Shown: in pieces, positions 41,601 through 50,697 of the stretch
How the letters are laid out: each line of letters opens with the position of its first letter
Position numbering within the stretch: position 1 is the first letter of the stretch
Translations under genes and position numbers: made by a program
The notes under the pieces: model-generated
What the model was told of the DNA's origin: nothing
Seen by the model: only the letters and a program-made list of their open reading frames with translations
The model's database searches: none
Origin: Terracidiphilus sp.
GTDB lineage: Bacteria; Acidobacteriota; Terriglobia; Terriglobales; Acidobacteriaceae
Direction: 5' to 3'
DNA length: 64,000 bases
Assembly (NCBI GenBank): GCA_036519195.1
Contig: DATDLS010000572.1
Span: 29,390 to 93,389 of the forward strand

Positions 41601-42038
41601 TTGAAGGATACGTTGGTGTCGCTGCCCGAGATGCTGCGGTCCGGAGACGGCGACGCGATCGTCTTCTGTACGTCGAACGAGCACGACCCGGGAAAGACAG
41701 AGTGCAATCGCACTGCGCACTGGGTGTATACCGTTTCTAAACTCACGCAATATGGGCGACTGCCTGGCTACGACGTCGAGCCGGATCTGCGCGTGCGCGT
41801 GAAAGGCCGCCGTGATTGCTGGGCGTCGAAAGCTCACGTACTGGGCGGAATCGCGTTCGAAAACCTTGAAGTGAGGGAGCGTTATGTTCCCGGCCATACC
41901 TTCGTCTACGGCATTACCGAGCAGGATTCAAGGGATTTCTATCGCGGCCCTCGCACCTGGCGCCTGCTCGAGAGGAGCCAGCCGGCTCAGCAAGTCTGTC
42001 GCATCCCTGAGCTGGGTTATTTTTACCCAAAAGCATGA
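41601..42038 (+). pseudogene. Probable 3' fragment of an unknown protein
   Basis: Protein-like composition (PDLRVRVKGRR...GGIAFENLE...FVYGIT); no clear RBS, and upstream in-frame stops. Confidence 0.35.
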
Positions 42039-42141
42039 ACCCAGCTGTTCGTTCTGCGGGTTAGAGTGAGCGGCGATCTTGAAAGAGCCCGGATAAGACA
42101 CTGTTACCCCGGTCTTGCTCGAATCGCCTGCGCTGCGCAGC

Positions 42142-43716
42142 TTACGACGTTGCCGCCAACCTTCGTAGAGTGAGAAGAACCGTTGTGAGATCGCACGTAT
42201 ACGGTTCTTTCTTTCCCAATCCAAGATAGACTCGCTTAAAGCAGCCGAACAGTTCCTCATACACCGGCTGCGATTCGGCCTGCGGCTCGTACACCTTGTA
42301 GGGAGGGCACAATGCCTGCTGGGCATCTTGGAGTGCTGTGAAGATGCCCGCCGTCAGGAAGGCAAACGCCGCTGCACAGAGCCCGGTGACATCGCCAACG
42401 GGAACAAGCACAGGCTTGTTGAAGACATTTGCGTAGACCTGGTTAAGCAACTCATTTTTGCGCGGAATCCCACCACCGTTGATGACGCGTGCCACCGGCG
42501 CACCGTAGGCCTGCATGTGGTCGAGGATGATGCGCGTGTGAAAAGCAGTCCCTTCAATCGCCGCGAAGAACTCGTCCTCCGGCCCGTGCGTCAGGTTCCA
42601 GCCCAGCGTGACGCCGCCCAACGACGGATTCACCAGAATCGTTCGATCTCCGTTGTCCCATGTAAGGCGAAGAAGTCCAGTCTGTCCTGCTCGGTAGCCT
42701 TTCAGCCGCTCGCCCAGTTGATCGACGCTCTTCTCGGCTCGCCGTGCAATGGCATCGAATATATCGCCTGTCGCTGACAACCCTGCTTCAATTCCCGTGT
42801 AATCGGGGTGTACCGAACCCGGCACAACGCCGCATACCCCCGGCACAAGCGTTGTCGCGTCGCTCATTCCGATCATGCAGGTGGAGGTACCGATCACGTT
42901 CACCACGTCGCCCAGCAGGATGCCCGCGGCCACAGCGTCCCAGTGCGCATCAAGAGCTCCCATACCAACGGGAATCCCTGCGGAGAGCCCCAGTTGTTGC
43001 GCCCACGCTCCGCTCAACGTGCCGGCCGGCACACCTGCTTTTCGATATTTTCCAAGCGCGACCGTGGCGCGGATGCCTTCGAATAAGGGATCGACGGAGA
43101 CCAGGAACTCCTCCGAAGGCAGACCACCGAGAGATTCGTTCCACATCCACTTGTGGCCCATAGCACAAACACTACGCGGCAGTTCGTCCAGGCGCTTGAT
43201 GCCGCACAGCACAGAGGCGATCATATCGCAGTGTTCCAGAGCAGTCGCATAGCGGGTGCGCTGGTTGGGATTTTGTCGCAGCCAGTGCAGAAGTTTTGCA
43301 AAGCCCCACTCTGAGGAATAGACACCGCCGCACCAGTCGATGGCTTCAAGACAGCAGCGATGGGCGGCTTGCGTGATTTCAGCAGCCTCGCGCCAGGCGC
43401 GATGGTCGCACCACAGGTAGTAGTCGTCGAGCGGCTTCAGTTGTTCGTCAACCATAACCACGCTCGAGCCAGTGGTGTCGATGGCAACGGCAGCTATGGA
43501 GCGGCCATCGATGCCGCCAGAGGCCAGTGCGGCGCTGGTTGCCACGCACAGCGCACGCAAATGGTCCGCGTGCCCCTGCGTGGCAAAATCCGGATCTTCC
43601 TTCTTCCGCTTGAGCGGATACTGCGCAGTTCCCGAACTAAGCCTGCCCGCCTCATGGTCAAAGACTGAGGCGCGAACGCTGAGCGTGCCAAAGTCGACGC
43701 CAAGCACCAGGCTCAT
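42142..43716 (-). CDS. Ribulokinase (FGGY family, AraB-like)
   Basis: LGVDFGTLSVR, IDTTGSS, WCDHRA, YSSEWGFAK, DAHWDA, GTSTC, WDNGDRT; ATGA coupling to the upstream isomerase. Confidence 0.9.
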   Translation of the reverse strand: MSLVLGVDFGTLSVRASVFDHEAGRLSSGTAQYPLKRKKEDPDFATQGHADHLRALCVATSAALASGGIDGRSIAAVAIDTTGSSVVMVDEQLKPLDDYYLWCDHRAWREAAEITQAAHRCCLEAIDWCGGVYSSEWGFAKLLHWLRQNPNQRTRYATALEHCDMIASVLCGIKRLDELPRSVCAMGHKWMWNESLGGLPSEEFLVSVDPLFEGIRATVALGKYRKAGVPAGTLSGAWAQQLGLSAGIPVGMGALDAHWDAVAAGILLGDVVNVIGTSTCMIGMSDATTLVPGVCGVVPGSVHPDYTGIEAGLSATGDIFDAIARRAEKSVDQLGERLKGYRAGQTGLLRLTWDNGDRTILVNPSLGGVTLGWNLTHGPEDEFFAAIEGTAFHTRIILDHMQAYGAPVARVINGGGIPRKNELLNQVYANVFNKPVLVPVGDVTGLCAAAFAFLTAGIFTALQDAQQALCPPYKVYEPQAESQPVYEELFGCFKRVYLGLGKKEPYTCDLTTVLLTLRRLAATS

Positions 43717-45308
43717 TTTGCTGCACCGCCGCACAGATAGACTTCGATACCGAGTTCGCGGAAAGCAACTGCCTTGGCCATCAGCGCTTCGTCGGCGGAT
43801 TGCGCGCCATCGCCATAGGCCACCTGCATGTGATTCGACTTATGCCGTCCCATAATCTGGTCGCGCGTAACGCCGTGCAGAACCGCATTCATGATGGGCC
43901 ACTGCGGCGTGGTGATCTGCCATCTGCGCTCGACTTCCTTTTCGGGCAACTCGACCACGGTCGCCCGTCCCATGTCGGCCTTGAGTTTGTTGTCCTCCAC
44001 AAACACGCGGCTCCAAACAATCTCACCCGGCCTGCTGATCCCCTTTAACGTGCCGCCGCCCAGGGGGAAAAACATCGGTGGTTGGCGTTCGCTCGTGGCT
44101 CCCTTATATCCGCCCACTAGGTGCTGTGGCGGCACAGCGCCTGAAATCTCGAGCACCCACACAAACTGGCCGTCATACTCCTCGCCAAAGCGAAGATCGT
44201 GCAACGTGGTCTCGGGCTCCAGGTCAAGCTTGCGCCACACGCGGTTGGTAACGAGCGCATCCACGCCGGCACACTCATCGACTTCGTTAAAGTGGGGCAA
44301 CGCCTGGTCTTCATACAGCACGCGATCGCTGTCCTCGGCAGTTACCGGAGGCCTGTCGACATTGTTCAGTAATCCCTCAACAAGGTCTGAGGCGCAGGTC
44401 AGGTCCTTCAAACCCTGCTGATATTGGATCCCGATGGCGTCGCACCCAAAGTTGTCGGCAATGCGCAGGGCCGCGATGTACATTCGGCATTGTTCCAGAA
44501 TCTGCTCATCCGTCAGTTCCGTCGCAGAGTCGGACCCGGTATTGAACTTCATGCCGCGCGCGTCGAGCCATGAACGGACCGACTGGGCAAGCTCCGCTGG
44601 AACCTTGCGCATGGCTGCGAAGAGCGCTGACTGGCTCATCCGCTCTTTGAAGAAGCCCATGGGATGAAGCAGTTCGTCGGGAATGATGGCGTTGTACATT
44701 CCCATGCATCCCTCGTCGAAGATGCCGAGGATTGCCTTCTTGTTTGTGAGATCTTCGGCCACCGAACGGCCAACGCGTTCAGCACTGTCGGGCACGGCGC
44801 GCGATTCGAGCGGGGTCACGTGTGAGGAATCGTGCCTGATGCGACCACCATTGAGCCAGCTCTTCAGCCGGTCGAGAAAGTAGGTGTCAGTAAAGTCTTC
44901 GCTCCACAGGGTGCTATAGTCCACCCCAGCCTTGGCCAGGCAGGCATTCAGGTTCAACATCCCCACCAGGCCGGGCCATTGCCCGCTCCAGTTGGCTGCC
45001 GTCAAAATGGGGCCGCGATGGTGAATCAGGCCGCCCAAAACATGTTGGCTGTATTGCCAGACCGCCTCAATCACAATGACCGGAGCGTTGGCGGGAATCC
45101 TCTGAAAAATCTCCAAACCATACCGCTGGCTATCAATAAAGCCGTGCCCCTTTTCGGGATTGACCGGATGGGCGCGCACAACGCTATAGCCAAACTGCTG
45201 GACGGCATGCGTGAGAGCGTTCTCGGCTGCCTGCTGGGCAGGCCAGCACATTTGATTAGCCGACAGGCGAAGATCTCCACTGGCGACCAGGAAGACGGAC
45301 GAAGACAT
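43713..45308 (-). CDS. L-fucose/D-arabinose isomerase (FucI-like) family protein
   Basis: NWSGQWPGLVG, GCMGM, GIQYQQGL, candidate metal ligands in FNEVD and LHD, C-terminal SNH; AGGAGG RBS. Confidence 0.8.
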   Translation of the reverse strand: MSSSVFLVASGDLRLSANQMCWPAQQAAENALTHAVQQFGYSVVRAHPVNPEKGHGFIDSQRYGLEIFQRIPANAPVIVIEAVWQYSQHVLGGLIHHRGPILTAANWSGQWPGLVGMLNLNACLAKAGVDYSTLWSEDFTDTYFLDRLKSWLNGGRIRHDSSHVTPLESRAVPDSAERVGRSVAEDLTNKKAILGIFDEGCMGMYNAIIPDELLHPMGFFKERMSQSALFAAMRKVPAELAQSVRSWLDARGMKFNTGSDSATELTDEQILEQCRMYIAALRIADNFGCDAIGIQYQQGLKDLTCASDLVEGLLNNVDRPPVTAEDSDRVLYEDQALPHFNEVDECAGVDALVTNRVWRKLDLEPETTLHDLRFGEEYDGQFVWVLEISGAVPPQHLVGGYKGATSERQPPMFFPLGGGTLKGISRPGEIVWSRVFVEDNKLKADMGRATVVELPEKEVERRWQITTPQWPIMNAVLHGVTRDQIMGRHKSNHMQVAYGDGAQSADEALMAKAVAFRELGIEVYLCGGAAK

Positions 45309-45336
45309 AGTATCGACCTCCTTTCAAAGCCAAGCC

Positions 45337-45378
45337 AGTGTACAGCAAGCCATTCTCTCGCGCAATAGAAACGTTACG
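45337..45378 (-). promoter_or_regulatory. Promoter and LacI-type operator of the isomerase-kinase operon
   Basis: Minus strand: CGTAACGTTTCT, A, TTGCGC, 17 nt, TACACT. Confidence 0.7.
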
Positions 45379-45479
45379 ATTACAGAAAGCCCATGCATTC
45401 AGGCGTGATTCTTACATTATGTCGGAACGATGTTTGATCTATTTCGGAGAAGGCATCGGCCGGGCTACTCTGCTGGATT

Positions 45480-46514
45480 TCACAGGCTGGCTGTTGAATT
45501 CCTGATCCTGAGCTCAGCTGGAATCAGCACATGCATCGGAGCCGCGTCCTCTTGGGGAGGATTCTGGATCAGCTGATGCAGCAGCTCGAAGGATTTTCTG
45601 CCGATCTCGCCCGTGGGCTGGGCAACCGCAGTCAGCCTCGGACTGAAATGCATGTTCCACAGGTAGTCGTCGAAACCAAGCACGCTCAGATCCTTCGGAA
45701 TCACGACGTTTCTCTCTTCGACCGCCTGCAGCACTCCGAGCAGCAGTTTGTTGTTGCTGGCCAGGATTGCGGTGGGAGGGTTGGGCAATTCGAGCAGGCG
45801 ATGACCGGCTTGAACCCCGTCCTCGACCTGCACGTTCCCCGCAATCAGATACTCGTCGAGAATGGGCAGATGCGCCTCCTGCATTGCCTTGCGAAAACCC
45901 TCCAGGCGATCGTGGTGGGGCGACAGGCCAAGGTGGCCGGCCAGCATTCCAATGCGTTTGTGTCCCAGGCCGACCAGGTGTTCTGCCGCCATTTGTCCGG
46001 CGGCAACATTGTCAGTGCACACGCTGTTAATTGCGTTCGAATGGGGCAAACGATCAATGAATATGACAGGAATATGGTGTCTTGCTGCGAGTTCGCTCGC
46101 TCTGGAATTCACGCAGCACGCCAGGATGACGCCATCGACGCGCCGGGAAAATAGCGCCGAGAGATGTCGTTCCTCAACTGTGCGATCTTCATTTGAGTCG
46201 CACAACAACACAGAATATCCAGCAGCCTGCGCCGCCAGTTCCACGCCGCGGATCACCTCGGGGTAAAAGGCATTCGTGATGTCGGGGACGATGACTCCGA
46301 TCGCATTGGAGCGGCCTGTCTTGAGGCTTCGCGCAATGGCGTCGGGCTGATAGTCGAGCGCCGACATGGCCGCCATGACGCGCTCCTTGCGCTGCGGGCT
46401 AACAACGACTGAGTCGTTAAGGACGGCTGAAACGGTGGACGTTGAAACGCCAGCAAGCCGGGCGACGTCCCGCATTGTGTACTTCACTCTTTCGGCCATG
46501 CTGACTATTTTCAA
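45480..46514 (-). CDS. LacI family transcriptional regulator
   Basis: TMRDVARLAGVSTSTVSAVLN HTH, YQPDAIARSL, IPKDLSVLGFDD. Confidence 0.95.
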   Translation of the reverse strand: MKIVSMAERVKYTMRDVARLAGVSTSTVSAVLNDSVVVSPQRKERVMAAMSALDYQPDAIARSLKTGRSNAIGVIVPDITNAFYPEVIRGVELAAQAAGYSVLLCDSNEDRTVEERHLSALFSRRVDGVILACCVNSRASELAARHHIPVIFIDRLPHSNAINSVCTDNVAAGQMAAEHLVGLGHKRIGMLAGHLGLSPHHDRLEGFRKAMQEAHLPILDEYLIAGNVQVEDGVQAGHRLLELPNPPTAILASNNKLLLGVLQAVEERNVVIPKDLSVLGFDDYLWNMHFSPRLTAVAQPTGEIGRKSFELLHQLIQNPPQEDAAPMHVLIPAELRIRNSTASL

Positions 46515-46718
46515 ACCCCCGCAAATTGAATCGACCGAGTTGTGTTTCCAGTATCACCCATAACGTTCCAATTGGAAAGTTACCAACTCTCGGTTCAGCG
46601 CGCCCGCCGTCCTGGAATCTCCATAAGCAACTGATTCAAAAATAACCAAGTTGCGGCCCCGGCGATACCTGTAACTCGATCTGCAAGGTTCAGCCGGAAG
46701 CGGCCGGCGTTCGGTTCT

Positions 46719-46761
46719 CGTAACGTTTCGCTTGACAGACACACGCCGGTCCATTTAGAAA
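46719..46761 (+). promoter_or_regulatory. Promoter and LacI-type operator of the GH172 operon
   Basis: CGTAACGTTTCG, C, TTGACA, 18 nt, TAGAAA. Confidence 0.7.
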
Positions 46762-47025
46762 GCTAACCGGCGCCCTGGCGGGAGTTCGGAGTCTCCGAGT
46801 GCATCGCCTCTGGGCGCCGGACCGGCTTCATCGCGCCAGAAGCACATTTCGTTGACGGTAGCAGACTCAGGATGCAACCGGAAACGCGCCCCGCCGCGCT
46901 CTTTTCAGGCGGGGGACCCAGGCACGGCAGCAAGTCTGCACCGAAACTCGCTCGCAGTCTCACATCATGTACCGGCAGCAATTCTCCCCGCATACAGGCG
47001 GAAACACGGAGGAACCTTGACAGCA

Positions 47026-48168
47026 ATGCGCGGTTTCGCTTTTCTCGGCTTATTGCTTGCACTGCCGGCTTCGGGCTGGTCCCAGAGCGCGCAGTACGAC
47101 GGCGTTACCAATAGCCTCAGCAACATCTACCGGATGTCGGATGCGCGGACCTACTCCATCAGCCCCGAGAACCCGACCGGCGAAAAGGGCAAGGGTGGAG
47201 CCGCAACCGAAGGAACCGGGGCTAATGCGTCTCGAGAACTGGGGCAGGGATGGAAGGTCAGCCCGTCCATTGACGTCAAGGCAGGTCAGACCATCACCCT
47301 GGCTGACATCGATGGATCGGGACTGATCGAGCACATGTGGATGACGCCCACCGGCAACTGGCGCCTTTCCATCCTGCGCATGTATTGGGATGGCGAAACC
47401 GACCCCTCCGTTGAGGTCCCGGTGGGAGACTTCTTTGCCATGGGCTGGGGAAAATACGCACCCATTTCGTCGCTGGCCATCTGCGTCAACCCCGGCAGCG
47501 CCTTTAACTCGTACTGGCCCATGCCGTTCCGGAAGAAAGCCCGCATCACACTTGAAAACCTCGATGACAAGCCCATGGTGGTCTATTACCAGATCGACTA
47601 CTCAAAGGCCGCCGTCCCCCCCGATGCAGCCTACTTTCATGCCCAGTTCAGACGCGTAAACCCCATCCCCTACAAGCAGGTCTATACCATCCTCGACGGC
47701 GTCGACGGCAAGGGCCAGTATGTGGGCACGTATCTGGCTTGGGGAGTGCACAACAATGGCTGGTGGGGTGAAGGCGAGATCAAGTTCTTCATGGACGGCG
47801 ACACCCAGTTCCCCACGATCAACAGCACAGGGACGGAAGACTACTTCAACGGCTCGTATGACTTCGAAAACCAGGTATCCCACCAGTACGAGCCCTTTAC
47901 CTCGCCTTACTCGGGCCTGGCACAGGCTATCAAGCCGGATGGGTTATACCAGTCCCAGCAACGCTTCGGCCTCTACCGCTGGCACATTCCTGACCCAATA
48001 CGTTTCGATCATGACCTGCGTGTGACCATCCAGGACCTGGGATGGCAAAGCGGTGGGCGCTATCTTCCGCTCATGGACGATATCTCTTCGGTCGCGTACT
48101 GGTATCAAACTGAACCGCACAAGAGGTTTCCGGCGTTGCCTGATAAGGATCACCTGCAGCCCAATTGA
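47026..48168 (+). CDS. DUF2961 / glycoside hydrolase family 172 (alpha-D-arabinofuranosidase or alpha-D-fructofuranosidase type), secreted
   Basis: Signal peptide, SISPENPTGEKGKGG, PSVEVPVGDFF, FNSYWPMPF, WWGEGE, TGTEDYF, YRWHIPDPIRF, DDISSVAYWYQ. Confidence 0.9.
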   Translation: MRGFAFLGLLLALPASGWSQSAQYDGVTNSLSNIYRMSDARTYSISPENPTGEKGKGGAATEGTGANASRELGQGWKVSPSIDVKAGQTITLADIDGSGLIEHMWMTPTGNWRLSILRMYWDGETDPSVEVPVGDFFAMGWGKYAPISSLAICVNPGSAFNSYWPMPFRKKARITLENLDDKPMVVYYQIDYSKAAVPPDAAYFHAQFRRVNPIPYKQVYTILDGVDGKGQYVGTYLAWGVHNNGWWGEGEIKFFMDGDTQFPTINSTGTEDYFNGSYDFENQVSHQYEPFTSPYSGLAQAIKPDGLYQSQQRFGLYRWHIPDPIRFDHDLRVTIQDLGWQSGGRYLPLMDDISSVAYWYQTEPHKRFPALPDKDHLQPN

Positions 48169-48240
48169 TGAGCCGATCCAATCTCTTGCTCGTGGCGCAT
48201 CCTACGAGGCAACCGATATTTTTCAAGTGAGGGCAATTCC

Positions 48241-49224
48241 ATGGTTAGGGAACTGTTGGTTCTGGCACCAATCTTGAGCATGACGACTATGATGAGGGCA
48301 GAGATGAGTGTACAAAAAGTGGAGTACAAAGGGTGGACGAATTGTTACAAGGTCAGCAATGGCGAAGTGGAGCTGATTATTACCGGCGACGTGGGACCAC
48401 GAGTGATCCGTTTCGGATTTGTAGGTGGCGATAACATCCTCAAGGAGTTTCCCGATCAGATCGGCAAAACCGGAGAAACTGACTTCCAGCTCCGCGGCGG
48501 CGACCGCGTGTGGAAGGCCCCGGAGGATCCAATTGCGACCTGGGCTCCCGACAACGTCCCGGTCACAGTTCAGATCACCCCCAACGGCGTCATTGCGCGC
48601 GAGCCCGTCGAGCCGCTCACGGGACTCCAGAAGGAGATTGAGGTCAGCCTTGCCTCTTCTGGAACCACCGTTACGGTCGATCACCGCATCACCAATCACT
48701 CGCTCTTTCCGCTTGAGTTCGCGCCCTGGGCGTTGACCATGATGGCCCAGGGCGGCACGGTCATCAGCGGATTCCCGCCGCGCGGCCATCACCCCCAGAA
48801 CCTCGAGGCTACCAATCCGCTGGTGATGTGGGCTTACACCAATCTCTCTGATCCTCGCTGGAAGTTTACGCGAAAGTATCTGACCCTTCATCAAGACCCG
48901 AACAACAGCGACGCGCAGAAATTGGGCATGTTCAACCAAAACACCTGGGCGGCTTACCTGCGCGACGACGAAGTATTTGTAAAACGCACTACCGCCGACC
49001 CATCAAAGCAGTATCCTGACTTCGGATGCTCATTTGAAACCTTCACCAACAACCTATTTCTCGAGATTGAAACTCTGGGCCCGCTCACCAAGCTGACTCC
49101 GGGAAAGACCGTTGAACTGGTCGAGCATTGGGGGCTTTTCCGTAATGTGAAATTGGATGCCATCACTGACGAGGATCTGGACCGTACCATCCTGCCGCTG
49201 GTTCAGCAGGTGCCAATTAACTGA
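48241..49224 (+). CDS. DUF4380-like / galactose-mutarotase-fold protein
   Basis: VGPRVIRFG, GGDRVWKAPE, APWALT, YPDFGCSFETFTN, LEIETLGPL; start uncertain. Confidence 0.6.
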   Translation: MVRELLVLAPILSMTTMMRAEMSVQKVEYKGWTNCYKVSNGEVELIITGDVGPRVIRFGFVGGDNILKEFPDQIGKTGETDFQLRGGDRVWKAPEDPIATWAPDNVPVTVQITPNGVIAREPVEPLTGLQKEIEVSLASSGTTVTVDHRITNHSLFPLEFAPWALTMMAQGGTVISGFPPRGHHPQNLEATNPLVMWAYTNLSDPRWKFTRKYLTLHQDPNNSDAQKLGMFNQNTWAAYLRDDEVFVKRTTADPSKQYPDFGCSFETFTNNLFLEIETLGPLTKLTPGKTVELVEHWGLFRNVKLDAITDEDLDRTILPLVQQVPIN

Positions 49225-49233
49225 GACTCTGCG

Positions 49234-50628
49234 ATGGAGTCCACCTCCGATTACATCAGCCGGAGCAACGCTGTCCCCAATGAAGGTGCTGACGCGATGC
49301 CAGCTTCCGAAAGCGATCAACTGAGATCCCACGCCGCGCATCACCGTGACGCGCCGGGAATGTTCCCCCTCGACCACCGGCTGCTCTTTGCCCTGGTCAC
49401 GGTGCTGTTTTTTCTTTGGGGAATGTCGAACAATCTTACCGACATCCTTGTGCAGCAGTTCAAGAAGTCATTTGAGTTGACCCAGTTCACCGCCCAGTTT
49501 GTGCAGACGGCAAACTTCCTCGGCTACTTGTGCATGGCCATTCCCGCCGCGCTGTTTATGCGCTCTTGGGGATACAAGGCTGGCATGGTCGCGGGGCTGT
49601 CCACATTCGGGCTGGGAATGATTCTTTTCTGGCCGGCAGCTGTCATGGGCCAGTATCTGCCTTTCCTTCTGGCCCTGTTTGTCGTCGGCAGCGGTGCATC
49701 AATCCTCGAAACCGCGGCCAATCCGTTCATAGCGCAATTCGGATCGACAGAAACATCAGAGCGGCGCCTGAATTTCGCACAATCGTTCAATCCGCCCGGC
49801 ACCATCACCGGCGTCATCATCGGCGCACACTTCATCTTCTCTGGAATTGAGCTGAAGCAGCCACAAATTGACGCCATGCGCCAGACCGGCTCCTACTCTG
49901 CGTATTTACATCACGAGCTTATGCGCGTGGTACCGACGTACGTGGGCCTTGGCGCGGCTGTGTTGATGTTCGCCCTGATTCTTTCGCGCATGGAGTTTCC
50001 CTCCATGCACAGCGAGCACGAGAATGAGCCGGGAGATCGTGGCTCATTCCGTGCCCTGCTTGGCTATCCGCAGTTGTGGCTGGCGGTAGTCGCGAACTTC
50101 TGCAACGTTGGCGCACAGGTGGCCACGTGGAGCAGCCTCATCCCGTACATGAAGCAGTTCACAGGCGTAAGCGAACGCACAGCTGCCGGCTACCTCACCG
50201 CGACATTGGTGGCGATGGCGCTGGGGCGATTCTTCAGTACACAATTGATGAAGTACGTGGCCGCCGGCAGTCTGCTGTGGATTTATGCAACGACGAATGT
50301 TGTGCTTCTGGCTTTTGCAATCGCCAATCCCGGGATGCGCGGCGCCTACGCCATCGTGACCAGCAGCTTCTTCCTCTCCATCATGTTCCCGACCATCTTT
50401 GCACTTGGCCTCAAAGATCTTGGGCCCAATACCAAGCTTGCCGGGTCGTTCCTGGTGATGGCTGTCGCCGGCGGAGCCGCGTTTCCGCCGATTCTCGGCT
50501 TTGTTGCAAGGCAAACGGGAAGCATTGCGAACGGCTATATTGTGCCACTGCTCGGATACGTGGCTGTCGGTCTGTACGGCTTGATGGTGCGTCGCAAGGA
50601 GGTCGATCCCCTCCCGGTTCACCATTAG
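49234..50628 (+). CDS. FucP-like sugar:H+ symporter (MFS)
   Basis: LFFLWG..NNLTDIL, LETAANP, RRLNFAQSFN, FFLSIMFPTIF, LVMAVAGGA. Confidence 0.9.
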   Translation: MESTSDYISRSNAVPNEGADAMPASESDQLRSHAAHHRDAPGMFPLDHRLLFALVTVLFFLWGMSNNLTDILVQQFKKSFELTQFTAQFVQTANFLGYLCMAIPAALFMRSWGYKAGMVAGLSTFGLGMILFWPAAVMGQYLPFLLALFVVGSGASILETAANPFIAQFGSTETSERRLNFAQSFNPPGTITGVIIGAHFIFSGIELKQPQIDAMRQTGSYSAYLHHELMRVVPTYVGLGAAVLMFALILSRMEFPSMHSEHENEPGDRGSFRALLGYPQLWLAVVANFCNVGAQVATWSSLIPYMKQFTGVSERTAAGYLTATLVAMALGRFFSTQLMKYVAAGSLLWIYATTNVVLLAFAIANPGMRGAYAIVTSSFFLSIMFPTIFALGLKDLGPNTKLAGSFLVMAVAGGAAFPPILGFVARQTGSIANGYIVPLLGYVAVGLYGLMVRRKEVDPLPVHH

Positions 50629-50697
50629 CCTGTTGTTGGTATTGCTGCGGCCGTCTGCGCAGAAAACTTCCGAACAGAAGATGCAGGAGGTGCGACG

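Noticed and set aside
42142-45308. Classical L-arabinose araBAD operon
   Set aside because: The isomerase is FucI-like rather than AraA, no araD is present, and the linked glycosidase is GH172, not GH43 or GH51.
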